Source: Bacillota bacterium
GTDB taxonomy: Bacteria > Bacillota > DTU025
Direction: 5' to 3'
DNA: 64,000 nucleotides
Assembly: GCA_050951805.1 (NCBI GenBank)
Contig: JBMNJT010000002.1
Span: forward strand, 1,184,001 to 1,248,000
The position numbers and the translations under genes were made by a program. Positions within the stretch are counted from its first letter, which is position 1. Every line of letters begins with the position of its first letter. Under the pieces are notes generated by a model. The model was not told the DNA's origin, ran no database searches, and saw only the letters and a program-made list of their open reading frames with translations. Below, one piece after another: positions 1 through 9,796 of this stretch.

Positions 1-42
1 ATCTACCGATGTTCGGGTTCGTTAGCAATATCGCCTGTTACC

Positions 43-603
43 TTGATGACGGGGGTGGCCACATTGAAAACCATTGACCGAGTGATTCTCATTGCCACCG
101 CTGTAATCATAGTCTTCCTCGGTTCGGTGGTTCTTGCGTCTGTTTCGGGGGGAGGATTCCCCAATGCCTTTGCCATTGCTTTTTATGATTCAGTGGCGAG
201 CAATAGGATTGCAGCTGCCATAATCGGCATCGCGATAGTTCTTGTAACTTTGTATGTGATCATGATGGCTCTTAGAGTAGAGGAGTCAGCGGAACCGATT
301 ATCACTGGGACAGGTCTTGGCGATGTGCAGATTTCCATGGCTGCTGTGGAGGCCATTGCGCAGAGGGCTGCCCAGAAGGTGGATGGTGTCCGCAACGTTG
401 AGGCTGCAGCGGAGGGCAATGAGGATGGCATCACACTTCATGCGCGCATAAATGTTTATCCTGATGTTAGCATCCCAGAGGTTTGTGAAAACCTGGAAAG
501 AGAGCTTTCCGAAGCAATGCATGCCGTTATAGGGTTGCCAGTCAAATCCATACACACGGTTGTTAAAGGAGTATCACGCATGGAGAGCAAGCCCCGACCG
601 TAG
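43..603 (+). CDS. amaP: Alkaline shock response membrane anchor protein (AmaP family)
   Basis: Two N-terminal TM helices followed by an Asp23-like domain (GDVQISMAAVEAIA...VDGVRNV...IGLPVKSIHTVV); usual position upstream of DUF2273-nusB. Confidence 0.8.
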   Translation: MMTGVATLKTIDRVILIATAVIIVFLGSVVLASVSGGGFPNAFAIAFYDSVASNRIAAAIIGIAIVLVTLYVIMMALRVEESAEPIITGTGLGDVQISMAAVEAIAQRAAQKVDGVRNVEAAAEGNEDGITLHARINVYPDVSIPEVCENLERELSEAMHAVIGLPVKSIHTVVKGVSRMESKPRP

Positions 604-645
604 GGCGCTGAGCGACGCATAAAGTGGGGGCAATGCCTGGAGGAG

Positions 646-885
646 ATGGTCCGCATGCCTTGGTTTGGAGACGGCAGATTCAATGTTCCCGAAGGTAGCT
701 CCGGACAGTTTGTGGGGGCTATCGTAGGCGCCATCTTCGGGCTGCTCGTCTTGATCGCAGGATTTTGGCGAGCGCTCGCTTTTGCGCTTTTTGTGGGAAT
801 CGGTTTTATTGTAGGCAGATACATCGATGTTAATGACGAATTCAGGGAGAGGTTTGCGCGGCGGTTTGGACGTCGGCGAAACTGA
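646..885 (+). CDS. DUF2273 small membrane protein
   Basis: GAIVGAIFGLLVLIAGFWRALAFALFVGIGFIVGRYID; GGAGG RBS; amaP-nusB synteny. Confidence 0.8.
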   Translation: MVRMPWFGDGRFNVPEGSSGQFVGAIVGAIFGLLVLIAGFWRALAFALFVGIGFIVGRYIDVNDEFRERFARRFGRRRN

Positions 886-901
886 CAGGAGTGGTTGACG
901 C

Positions 902-1459
902 ATGCGCTCAGAAAGGCGGCGGGCCCGTGAGGCCGCCATGCGAGCCCTTTATCAAATGGACATGTCAGGGTGCACATCGGAAGATGCGATTTCCTATGCA
1001 GTATCGAGCTCTTCCGACCTTGATCTTCCCGAGCGGGCGCAGGGATATGCTTCTCAGCTTGTGTGTGCCGCGGTGGAGAGAATGACAGAGATAGATGCTG
1101 TTATGGCGGGGATCGCCCATGATTGGGCGGTCCAGCGGATGTCGCCAACCGATCGGAATATCATGAGGATAGCAGTATGCGAAATGCTTTATCTTAAGGA
1201 CGTGCCTGTGGCTACTGCCATCGACGAGGCCGTCGAAATCGCCAAGCTTTATGGGACTGCCGATTCTCCGAGATTCGTCAACGGAATCTTGGGGGCCTTG
1301 GCTGAGCGCATCAAGGATGGCCAGGGCCCAGCGGATGGTGCGGATGCGGGCGAGGGCCGTGCCGAGTCATCTGACGCAGCCAGCGGCGGCGACGTGGAAG
1401 GAGATTCTGGGGGCGAATGTCTTGGCGGGGCGCATGAAGGTCGGGACACTCGGGTTTGA
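902..1459 (+). CDS. nusB: Transcription antitermination factor NusB
   Basis: RRRAREAAMRALYQ, DRNIMRIAVCEM, AIDEAVEIAKLYG, FVNGILG; extra acidic/Gly C-terminal tail. Confidence 0.95.
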   Translation: MRSERRRAREAAMRALYQMDMSGCTSEDAISYAVSSSSDLDLPERAQGYASQLVCAAVERMTEIDAVMAGIAHDWAVQRMSPTDRNIMRIAVCEMLYLKDVPVATAIDEAVEIAKLYGTADSPRFVNGILGALAERIKDGQGPADGADAGEGRAESSDAASGGDVEGDSGGECLGGAHEGRDTRV

Positions 1460-2417
1460 TACGAGCTGCTATACAACTTCAGTGGCTCTTGTAATCAGCG
1501 GCATCCTCGCCTATGATGGCAGGGCGCCGCTTCAGGTTTCCAAGGGCAAAGTAGGGCTCAGACAGTCGGAGGCCCTGTTTCAGCATGTCCGTAACCTGCC
1601 TCGCCTTGTTGAGGAAGCATGTGATGTGGCGAGGCGGGAATCATGCGACATTGTTGCCGTCGGGGCCAGCGCATGGCCGCGACGTATGGAAGGATCCTAC
1701 ATGCCCGTCTTTCTTGCGTCATCAGGGTATGGCCGCGCTGTAGCGGCTGCCCTTGAAGCGCCGTGCTTGGAGATATCTCACCAGGAAGGCCACATTGCCG
1801 CGGCCAGGTGGTCTTCGGGACTCGAATCTCGAGGAGGCTTTCTCGCCCTTCACCTTTCCGGAGGCACGACCGAGCTTCTCAGTGTCCATGACAGGTTTGA
1901 AATGGAGCTTTTGGGGGGCACTGGCGATCTCAACGCGGGGCAGTTTATCGACAGGGTAGGGGTGGCTCTCGGGCTTCCGTTCCCTGCGGGGCCCGACCTT
2001 GAGCGCCTTGCTGGACACGGCGTTCCGGGGCGGGTCAGGCTTCCGGTGGCCGTTAGTGGGCTCAAGGTGAGCTTTTCTGGCCCTTGCTCGGCCGCCATGA
2101 GAGAATTGGATTCAGGGGCCGGCCATGCCGACATGGCATACGCGGTGCTCGAGTGCATAGGCAGATCGGTCGGCGCAATGTGTTGCGAGGGATTGCGCTT
2201 CTTCCGGGCGCAGGAGCTTCTTGTTGCGGGAGGCGTGGCGTCAAACTACATCATCAGGCGTATCCTCTCCGAGACAATCGAAGACCAGCTCCCGGACGCA
2301 AAAGTGTATTATGCTTCGCCCGAGCATTCAAGGGACAATGCCGTAGGATGCGCGCTTCTTGCGTGGCAGATGCATTTGGAGGGCATGCGCGAATCACGGG
2401 AAGAAGGCAAGGAGTGA
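1434..2417 (+). CDS. TsaD/Kae1-like O-sialoglycoprotein endopeptidase family protein
   Basis: GFDTSCYTTS, GLRQSEALFQH, SHQEGH, LHLSGGTTE, GQFIDRVG, DNAVG motifs. Confidence 0.85.
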   Translation: MKVGTLGFDTSCYTTSVALVISGILAYDGRAPLQVSKGKVGLRQSEALFQHVRNLPRLVEEACDVARRESCDIVAVGASAWPRRMEGSYMPVFLASSGYGRAVAAALEAPCLEISHQEGHIAAARWSSGLESRGGFLALHLSGGTTELLSVHDRFEMELLGGTGDLNAGQFIDRVGVALGLPFPAGPDLERLAGHGVPGRVRLPVAVSGLKVSFSGPCSAAMRELDSGAGHADMAYAVLECIGRSVGAMCCEGLRFFRAQELLVAGGVASNYIIRRILSETIEDQLPDAKVYYASPEHSRDNAVGCALLAWQMHLEGMRESREEGKE

Positions 2418-2423
2418 ATGTAG

Positions 2424-3719
2424 ATGGCAGGTCGGTACAAGGCGGGTACGTCTGGGGCTTCAGATGGAGGCTTTGGGCCACATGGGTCCACTGGAACATG
2501 TGGAGCCTGTGGATCAGACGGGAGTTTCAGTGTGTCGGGGATTCCGAACTTGCCTGGCATGCCGCAGATGGCGGGAAAGGTAGGGTCTTACGAGATCTTC
2601 ACCGTATCCGAGATTACCCGTCGGGTGGCGCGGGCCCTGGACCGAGATCCGGTTTTGGGTGATATCTGGGTGAATGGAGAAATAGCCAATTTTACCCATC
2701 ATTCGTCCGGACACATCTATTTTACCTTGAAGGACGATAGTTCGCGGCTTCGCGCGGTGATGTTCCGAGGGAGCAACATTGGGTTGCGGTTCCGCCCTGC
2801 CGATGGAATGCGCGTTTACGCCCATGGGTATGTAGGCGTTTACGAGCGTGGAGGAGAATACCAGCTATATGTTGACTTGATGGAGCCCGCGGGCCTCGGC
2901 GAGCTCTACCTGGCCTTCCAGCAACTCCGAGCCAAACTGGAGGCGGAAGGGCTATTTGACCCTGCCGCCAAGAGGCCGCTGCCGAAGTTTCCGAGACGCC
3001 TTGGTGTGATCACGTCCCCTACTGGAGCTGCGGTGCGCGACATAATAACTGTGACTCGAAGGCGTTGGCCGGGAATTGACATACTGGTAATTCCAGCTCT
3101 TGTGCAGGGCTCGGATGCTCCCGCCAGCATAGTTCAGGCCTTCGATCGAGCCGGTCAAGTCCGTGACATCGACGTAATCATAGTGGGGAGGGGCGGGGGC
3201 TCTGCCGAGGAATTGTGGGCCTTTAACGATGAGGAAGTAGCCAGGGCAATAAGGCGATCCCGAGTTCCGGTTGTGTCTGCCGTAGGGCATGAAACTGATT
3301 TTACTATTGCCGATTTTGCTGCTGATGTGCGGGCGCCCACCCCGTCCGCCGCCGCGGAGCTGGTTGTGCCTGATGCATCGGCTTATGCCCACCATGTTGA
3401 GTTGTTGGAAGCCAGGCTAGTTCGCACAGTTCGAATGCGAGTAATGCAAAGGCGCCAGTATGTGGACGAGCTGAGCAGGCGACTTATTCAAGCAATTCAG
3501 ACGAAGTTGCGAACAAGCAAGGATCGCCTTGAGTATCTCGGCAGGATGCTGGACGCTCTTGACCCAGAGGCTGTTCTCGGGCGGGGCTATGCGATATGTC
3601 GTGGACAAGACGGGACGGTATTGCGCAGAGCTGACCAGGTTGCCGGGGGAGACGAAGTCACAGTACAGCTTGGCTGCGGTGAACTCGGTTGCACAATCCA
3701 TGATGTGAAGGTGGGTTGA
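2424..3719 (+). CDS. xseA: Exodeoxyribonuclease VII large subunit
   Basis: VNGEIANF, SGHIYFTLKD, GVITSPTGAAVRDI, GRGGGS, VGHETD, RAPTPSAAAE; start uncertain (about 45 aa N-terminal extension). Confidence 0.95.
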   Translation: MAGRYKAGTSGASDGGFGPHGSTGTCGACGSDGSFSVSGIPNLPGMPQMAGKVGSYEIFTVSEITRRVARALDRDPVLGDIWVNGEIANFTHHSSGHIYFTLKDDSSRLRAVMFRGSNIGLRFRPADGMRVYAHGYVGVYERGGEYQLYVDLMEPAGLGELYLAFQQLRAKLEAEGLFDPAAKRPLPKFPRRLGVITSPTGAAVRDIITVTRRRWPGIDILVIPALVQGSDAPASIVQAFDRAGQVRDIDVIIVGRGGGSAEELWAFNDEEVARAIRRSRVPVVSAVGHETDFTIADFAADVRAPTPSAAAELVVPDASAYAHHVELLEARLVRTVRMRVMQRRQYVDELSRRLIQAIQTKLRTSKDRLEYLGRMLDALDPEAVLGRGYAICRGQDGTVLRRADQVAGGDEVTVQLGCGELGCTIHDVKVG

Positions 3720-3722
3720 AGA

Positions 3723-3992
3723 ATGAGCATTCCTTCGGACATGACTTTTGAAACGGCTCTCGCCCGCTTGGAGAAGATAGTCGAAAAGATGGATTCAGGC
3801 GAGCCGTCGCTTGAAGAGGCGCTCAAGCTTTTCAGCGAAGGCACTGAACTAGTGCGATATTGTTCCTCCGTAATCGAAGATGCTGAAGGCAAGCTGGAGG
3901 TACTAGTCCAGGGCAAAGATGGAAGGGACGTGGCCGTGCCCTTCGAAGAGTTCAACTCAGGAGACGAAGACAGGGAGGATGACGAAGCTTGA
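3723..3992 (+). CDS. xseB: Exodeoxyribonuclease VII small subunit
   Basis: FETALARLEKIVEKMDSGEPSLEEALKLFSEG. Confidence 0.93.
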   Translation: MSIPSDMTFETALARLEKIVEKMDSGEPSLEEALKLFSEGTELVRYCSSVIEDAEGKLEVLVQGKDGRDVAVPFEEFNSGDEDREDDEA

Positions 3993-4880
3993 GGTTGCCC
4001 CAATGGTATTCCGAATTCGTGGAAAAAGTGGATGCGGCTCTCGATGACGTGATGCCCGGGGGCGATGTGGAACTGCGGGCATTACATGAGGCAATGCGTT
4101 ACTCCGTATTTCCGGGCGGAAAGAGAATCAGGCCCGCTATGGTCCGGGCATCCTGTTCTGCCGTGGCAAGAATGCATCCGGGTTGCCACTACCGATGCAG
4201 TGATTTGGCCTTCAGTCGCCCTGGAACTCGTCCATTGCTATTCGCTGATCCACGACGATTTGCCGTGCATGGATGATGATGATTACAGGCGAGGCAAGCC
4301 TTCATGTCACAAGGCGTATGGCGAAGCCGTGGCCCTTCTGGCTGGAGATGCCCTTCTCACATTGGCTTTTGAGGTCCTCACGAACAATGGTTTTGTGGAT
4401 GTGGTTGGCCCCGATGCGACCTGCTCTTGTGTACAGGCATTGGCGTCGGCGGCGGGCGGCAATGGCATGATTGGCGGGCAGGTATTGGACATCTCTCCTT
4501 GGCCGTGGCCCGGATCTGAACGTGTCGATTCCGGTGCCTTGTGCCGGATGGAGATGCTGAAGACGGGAAAGCTTTTCGAGTGTGCGGCGGAAATGGGCGG
4601 GATCGTGGGAGGCGCAAATGCCGAGGAGCTCGGGGTGGTTTGCGGGATCGCTGCCGACATTGGGCTTGCTTTTCAGATCCGTGACGACCTCGAAGATGCA
4701 GATTCTCAAAGGGACAGTGGAAGAAGTGGATTCCTGACCGCGGTCTCGGTATGGGGAATCGATGGTGCGCGACGGCAATTTGCGGCTCTAATGGATTCTG
4801 CAAGGACGAAATGTGCAGTTTTGGGAGACGCTGCTTCAGAGTTGACAGACATAATTGACATTGTCGACAGGGAATGGTAG
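3989..4880 (+). pseudogene. ispA: Polyprenyl (geranyl/farnesyl) diphosphate synthase, split by a +1 frameshift near 4180 (true mutation or sequencing error)
   Basis: N-terminal part MRYSVFPGGKRIRP in the frame of 3989; ELVHCYSLIHDDLPCMDDDDYRRGK, KTG and AFQIRDD in the frame of 4065. Confidence 0.8.
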
Positions 4881-4890
4881 TGGTGAGCTG

Positions 4891-5355
4891 ATGTTTGCGC
4901 CCGATACAGGATTGTTTAGCAACAGAATACTGTGGACATCCATATTGGCCTGGGCCATAGCCCAGACACTCAAGGTATTTACATGCATATGGGCTGAAGG
5001 CAAGCCCGACTGGTCAAAGATTGTAGGCCCGGGAGGCATGCCCAGTTCCCATTCGGCCTTCGTTACAAGTATCGCAGTGGGAGTGGGGATCCAGGAAGGA
5101 TGGAACTCAGCTCTATTCGCGGTGACGGTGGGATTTGCCCTTGTCGTGATGTACGATGCCGCAGGTATCAGGCGGGCTGCCGGGGAGCATGCGCAAGTCC
5201 TAAACCAGCTTATCGAGAGGGCGTTTCGGGAGGGGTATCTGGAGTCTACGAAGTTACGGGAGCTTCTCGGACACACACCGCTCGAAGTGGCAATGGGCGC
5301 CTTCCTCGGGATTGTGGTGTCTTGGCTCATGATAGGATGGGCATTGAAAGGCTAG
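4891..5355 (+). CDS. Divergent PAP2 family protein (DUF212)
   Basis: AQTLK, GGMPSSHSA, VMYDAAGIRRAAGEHAQVLN, LRELLGHTPLEV. Confidence 0.92.
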   Translation: MFAPDTGLFSNRILWTSILAWAIAQTLKVFTCIWAEGKPDWSKIVGPGGMPSSHSAFVTSIAVGVGIQEGWNSALFAVTVGFALVVMYDAAGIRRAAGEHAQVLNQLIERAFREGYLESTKLRELLGHTPLEVAMGAFLGIVVSWLMIGWALKG

Positions 5356-5535
5356 CCGTTTTTGGACGATGCACGCTTCGCTCGATCTGTTTAATATAGA
5401 AGTCTGTCGAGAAATCTCTGTGGCTTGGAACCTGCATTGCCGGAAGTGTTGAGCCGTTCAAGCCAGGTCGATCCTGGCATTGTCAGCCATATGGATGACT
5501 GACAGCTCCCGACCGACACGCTCGCGCAGCTGCCA

Positions 5536-5564
5536 TTGAATGGGTCTAGGTTTTGCGGTATAAT
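5536..5564 (+). promoter_or_regulatory. sigmaA-type promoter for OLE RNA
   Basis: TTGAAT (5536-5541), 17-bp spacer, TATAAT (5559-5564), ending 13 bp before the OLE 5' stem. Confidence 0.75.
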
Positions 5565-5577
5565 GTTGATCGAACAG

Positions 5578-6180
5578 GATAGGTGGCGCAGTATCCTAGT
5601 CGGTGTTGGCTTTCTCGAAGACGGGGATAAAATACCGTTAAGGGCACATCGATGAAGTCCCTTGTGCTGGCTTTCGACGCCCAGTTGGGGGTTGGTGCAG
5701 GGGGTTAAGGTTGTGGGGCGATCCGCAATGGCATGTGGGCGTTGACCCTGCTTCCGTGGAGACCCAAGTTCGTGGGGTTGAAAAGCTTTACGGCTTGGGG
5801 TGAACCTGCATGTCGGTACTGGCCCTGGTGGGCCCAATGGTGCTGGGTGCAGCGTAGCCTGCCTTGAGTGGATGTGCGGGATGGCGGGTGCCAAGTCATT
5901 GTCTCCCCGGCCAAGGAACATGACCTTTTGCCGCTTGAAAGCCCATCTGCAAAAGAGGATAGAGAATGGCCAGCATTGCCGAGGAAAACTCCTAGGCTGT
6001 TTGCATTGCATGGCGCTCTGGGGATTACGGTGTGATCTAAGTGGCAATCCAGTTGCTCCTTCGGCGACGAGGAGAACCTGTCGTAAAGGGAAACCGCCCG
6101 CCGGCGACGGTAGGGCGCACAGGGGGGAAAACCTGCTGGACCTCAAGTCACAATATTTACTCAGGGCGCTGCCACCTATC
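5578..6180 (+). ncRNA. ole: OLE RNA (ornate, large, extremophilic), about 603 nt
   Basis: 5' GATAGGTGGC pairs with 3' GCCACCTATC; OLE-like segments GCGCAGTATCCTAGTC, AAGGGCACATCGATGAAGTCC, CAATGGCATGTGGGCGTTGACCC, GGGAAAACCTGCTGGACCT; diagnostic position after ispA and immediately before oapA-dxs. Confidence 0.9.
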
Positions 6181-6262
6181 GGTTTATTTATTCATCCGAC
6201 TATTTCGGATCCATATTATGCGCATTCAGGCTGAAGCCCATATTTTTTGAGGTGAACATGAC

Positions 6263-6847
6263 TTGCCACGTGATTTTGGGCGAATCATAGCAGTAGGGCT
6301 ATGGACATTCGCTCTATCGGCGGCTTTGAGCTACCTTTCTGGCTCTGCGGCTGGGAACCTCAGCCCCTGGTTTTCGGTCGCTGTTTTGATGGCAATAATT
6401 GCCACTGGGATTCTCTTCGACATTGTGGGGACTGCTGCAGCCGCGGCCAGCGAAGCTCCGATCAACGCTATGGCCGCTAATCGTGTGTACGGAGCAAGTG
6501 AGGCGCTAAGGCTCGTCCGGAACTCTCCGGCAGTTGCTAGTATCTGCAATGACGTTGTCGGCGACATCTGTGGCACTGTGAGCGGAGCGGTCGGCGCTAC
6601 GATCATTCTGCGCATAGCTGCTTCGACCGGGGGATGGCTTGCAGAATCCGCATCTGTGTTGGTCATCGCTCTGATTTCGGCTGTCACAGTTGCAGGCAAG
6701 GCCATTGGCAAGCGTGTAGCGATAGAATCAGCCAACGATGTCGTGTTGTCAGTGGGGCGGATAATTGCGACATACGAAAGGTTTACTGGACGGTCCAAGG
6801 ATGCCAAAGGCAGAAAGCGGAACAATGGAAGAAGTAGCAAGGATTGA
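6263..6847 (+). CDS. oapA: OLE-associated protein A (membrane protein)
   Basis: GILFDIVGTA, ASEAPINAMAA, CNDVVGDICGTVSG, TVAGKAIGK; directly downstream of ole. Confidence 0.88.
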   Translation: MPRDFGRIIAVGLWTFALSAALSYLSGSAAGNLSPWFSVAVLMAIIATGILFDIVGTAAAAASEAPINAMAANRVYGASEALRLVRNSPAVASICNDVVGDICGTVSGAVGATIILRIAASTGGWLAESASVLVIALISAVTVAGKAIGKRVAIESANDVVLSVGRIIATYERFTGRSKDAKGRKRNNGRSSKD

Positions 6848-6924
6848 CGGCACGCTGAAGCATCAATGATTATTGCCGATCCTCCCAAATGTGGAGCGGA
6901 CGGTCAAGGGACGGTGGGTTCCCT

Positions 6925-8844
6925 ATGAACAGCATTCTCCAGAGCATCGATTCACCTTCCGACCTGCGAAGGCTCTCAGACAGGGAGATACGGCAGCTTG
7001 CGGAGGAGATTCGGCATTACCTGGTACATACTGTTTCCCGTACCGGCGGGCACTTGGCGCCAAACCTGGGTGTAGTTGAGCTTACGATAGCAATTCACCT
7101 TGCTCTCGATTGTCCTCGCGACAAGGTGATATGGGATGTAGGCCACCAGTCATATGTTCACAAGCTTCTCACCGGAAGGTGTGGGGCTTTTGCCTCTCTG
7201 CGGCAGCAGGGGGGCATAAGTGGTTTCCCGAAACCGTCAGAGAGCGAATACGACGCCTTTGCCACTGGACACTCCAGTACGTCCATATCTGCCGCCCTCG
7301 GCATGGCCTTGGCGCGTGATGCTGCAGGTGAAGACTATACTGTAATGGCGGTGATTGGAGACGGCGCGCTCGGCGGCGGGATGGCTCTTGAAGCGATGAA
7401 TCATGCCGGGCACACCAAGACCGATCTCATAGTCATACTCAATGATAACGAGATGTCCATTTCCCGAAGTGTCGGAGCGCTGGCAGGGGTGTTGGGCTCC
7501 GCTCGAACCCATCCGGGCAGACGACGCTTCAAGTATGGATTTGACCGGTTTGTCATGGGCATACCGGTAATTGGGAAGGCACTCAAAGCAGCTGGATACA
7601 GGTTGAAGAAAAGCGTCAAGAGCTTTGTCCTGCCTGGAATGGTCTTTGAGGAGCTAGGCTTCACTTATCTGGGGCCAATCGATGGACACAATGTAAAGGC
7701 CGTGAGCCGCGCCATAGACGACGCCAAGCGCGCGGGGGGGCCGGTCTTGATACACGTCATAACAAGAAAAGGCAAGGGCTATGCGCCTGCTGAGCAGGAC
7801 CTCGCGAAATTCCATGGCACCGGTCCATTCGTTGTTGAGACCGGAACTCAGATTTCCAGTGACCGGCCCACTTTTACGTCGCACTTCAGCGAATTCATGC
7901 TTCGCGCTGCTGAAGAAGATGACAGGATTGTGGCGATAACGGCTGCCATGGCCGAGGGTACTGGTCTGCGCAGTTTTGCGGAGGCCTATCCCGGGCGCTT
8001 TTACGATGTGGGCATTGCTGAGCAGCACGCGGTCACTTTTGCTGCTGGGCTTGCTACAGCTGGTCTCCGTCCCGTTGTGGCCATATACTCCACCTTTCTT
8101 CAGCGGGCCTATGACCAGATAGTGCACGATGTGGCATTGCAAGGTCTGCCGGTAATTCTTGCTGTTGACCGCGGAGGGATAGTGGGCGAAGACGGCCCCA
8201 CTCATCAAGGCCTGCTTGATGTAGGATATCTGAGGCAGATACCCGGGATGACTGTGATGGCGCCCAAGGATGGTGCGGAGCTGCAGAGTATGTTCGGGAC
8301 TGCTCTGGAACATGATGGGCCATCGGCCATAAGGTATCCTAAGTCGGCTTGCCCGGAGAAGGAGGTCGAGTGGCCTGCAAGGCCTATTCCCATTGGCAAG
8401 GCGGAAGTCATGCGGGATGGCCTGCATTGTGCCATATTCGCCCTTGGGCCCATGGTATGGCCTGCTCTCGAAGCTAGCAGGATTCTGTCGACCCGTGGAG
8501 TAAGTTGTGCAGTGGTGAATCCCAGGTTTGTGAAGCCGATCGATGTTGATACATTGCTGGAATACGCTGGCAGGACGGGAATCATTATCACATGCGAGGA
8601 CTCTTGCCTGGCGGGTGGGTTTGGTTCAGCAGTTTTGGAGTCGCTGTCAGAGGCGGGCGTTTTGGATGTGCATGTTGTGAGGCTTGGAGCGCCAGACGAC
8701 TTCGTGGGCCAGGGAAAACGGGATGATGTCTTGTCTGATCTCGGTTTGGATGCCAAAGGCATAGCTGATGCGGTGATGCAGGCGCTAAGAGGGCGAGAGG
8801 GCGAGAGGGCGGTTGGCGGTGGTTTGTATGTCTCAACAAGCTAA
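6925..8844 (+). CDS. dxs: 1-deoxy-D-xylulose-5-phosphate synthase
   Basis: GGHLAPNLGVVEL, WDVGHQSYVHK, GHSSTSISA, GDGA, LNDNEMSI, DVGIAEQHAV, GEDGPTHQG. Confidence 0.97.
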   Translation: MNSILQSIDSPSDLRRLSDREIRQLAEEIRHYLVHTVSRTGGHLAPNLGVVELTIAIHLALDCPRDKVIWDVGHQSYVHKLLTGRCGAFASLRQQGGISGFPKPSESEYDAFATGHSSTSISAALGMALARDAAGEDYTVMAVIGDGALGGGMALEAMNHAGHTKTDLIVILNDNEMSISRSVGALAGVLGSARTHPGRRRFKYGFDRFVMGIPVIGKALKAAGYRLKKSVKSFVLPGMVFEELGFTYLGPIDGHNVKAVSRAIDDAKRAGGPVLIHVITRKGKGYAPAEQDLAKFHGTGPFVVETGTQISSDRPTFTSHFSEFMLRAAEEDDRIVAITAAMAEGTGLRSFAEAYPGRFYDVGIAEQHAVTFAAGLATAGLRPVVAIYSTFLQRAYDQIVHDVALQGLPVILAVDRGGIVGEDGPTHQGLLDVGYLRQIPGMTVMAPKDGAELQSMFGTALEHDGPSAIRYPKSACPEKEVEWPARPIPIGKAEVMRDGLHCAIFALGPMVWPALEASRILSTRGVSCAVVNPRFVKPIDVDTLLEYAGRTGIIITCEDSCLAGGFGSAVLESLSEAGVLDVHVVRLGAPDDFVGQGKRDDVLSDLGLDAKGIADAVMQALRGREGERAVGGGLYVSTS

Positions 8845-9736
8845 AATCAGACTCGATCAGCTAGTTGTAGAGCGTGGGCTGGCAGCAAGCCGAGAGGCGG
8901 GAAAGCGTGAAATACTAGCCGGAAACGTCTTTGTGGACGGAGTGCGCGAGGACAAGCCGGGGACGATGATTCGGGCTGACGCCAAGATATCCCTGGAACG
9001 GCGTGGCCCGCGGTACGCGAGTCGGGGCGGAGAGAAGCTGGCGCACGCGCTGAAAACTTTCGCTATCGATGTAAATGGCCGCGTTGCCATAGATATAGGC
9101 GCCTCTACGGGCGGATTTACCGACGTGCTCTTGAAAGCGGGGGCGTCGCGAGTTTACTGTGTGGATGTGGGCTATGGGCAACTTGCCTGGAGCCTGAGAC
9201 AGGACCCGCGCGTGGAAGTCTTTGATCGAACGAACGCGCGCTACATAACGCCTGATATGTTCGATCCGCGCCCCTGTTTTGCCTCTGTAGACGTGTCCTT
9301 CATATCTTTGTCCAAAATACTGCCCGCCTTGTATGCGGTGCTGCAAGGACGGGCCGAGGCTGTGTGCTTGGTGAAGCCCCAGTTCGAGGCGGGGCGCCGC
9401 AACGTCGGCAAGCGAGGCGTAGTTCGTGACCCTGCGGTGCATGCTGAAGTTCTTCGGGCGGTTTATGGGCATGCACGTGATGCAGGTTTTGAGGTGTTGG
9501 AGTACACGTGGTCTCCTATTACTGGACCTGAGGGAAACATCGAGTTTTTGGTCCATCTGCGCAAACAAGACGCAAACACGCAGCGGATCTGCAGTTGTCC
9601 CCACGCAGGCGCCGACGCACCGACTTCTTGCAGTCTCGATGGGGAATTGTGCGGAATAGCCGAAGCTCAGCTCGATAGGGCAATCAAATCAACTGTTCAG
9701 CAGGCGCACGTGGCCCACGACCGAAGCGGCGACTAG
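8828..9736 (+). CDS. tlyA: TlyA family rRNA 2'-O-methyltransferase
   Basis: S4 domain RLDQLVVERGL; YASRGGEKL, DIGASTGGFTD, LVKPQFE, GPEGNIEF. Confidence 0.95.
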   Translation: MSQQAKIRLDQLVVERGLAASREAGKREILAGNVFVDGVREDKPGTMIRADAKISLERRGPRYASRGGEKLAHALKTFAIDVNGRVAIDIGASTGGFTDVLLKAGASRVYCVDVGYGQLAWSLRQDPRVEVFDRTNARYITPDMFDPRPCFASVDVSFISLSKILPALYAVLQGRAEAVCLVKPQFEAGRRNVGKRGVVRDPAVHAEVLRAVYGHARDAGFEVLEYTWSPITGPEGNIEFLVHLRKQDANTQRICSCPHAGADAPTSCSLDGELCGIAEAQLDRAIKSTVQQAHVAHDRSGD

Positions 9737-9796
9737 CCCCAACAGCAACGTGTCCGCGCGGTCATTGGCTGTAGATAGGGCTTCGGGTCTGGACTG

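Noticed and set aside
5391-6250. ORFs of 251, 144 and 69 aa over the gap before oapA
   Set aside because: They overlap the OLE RNA and show no protein motifs
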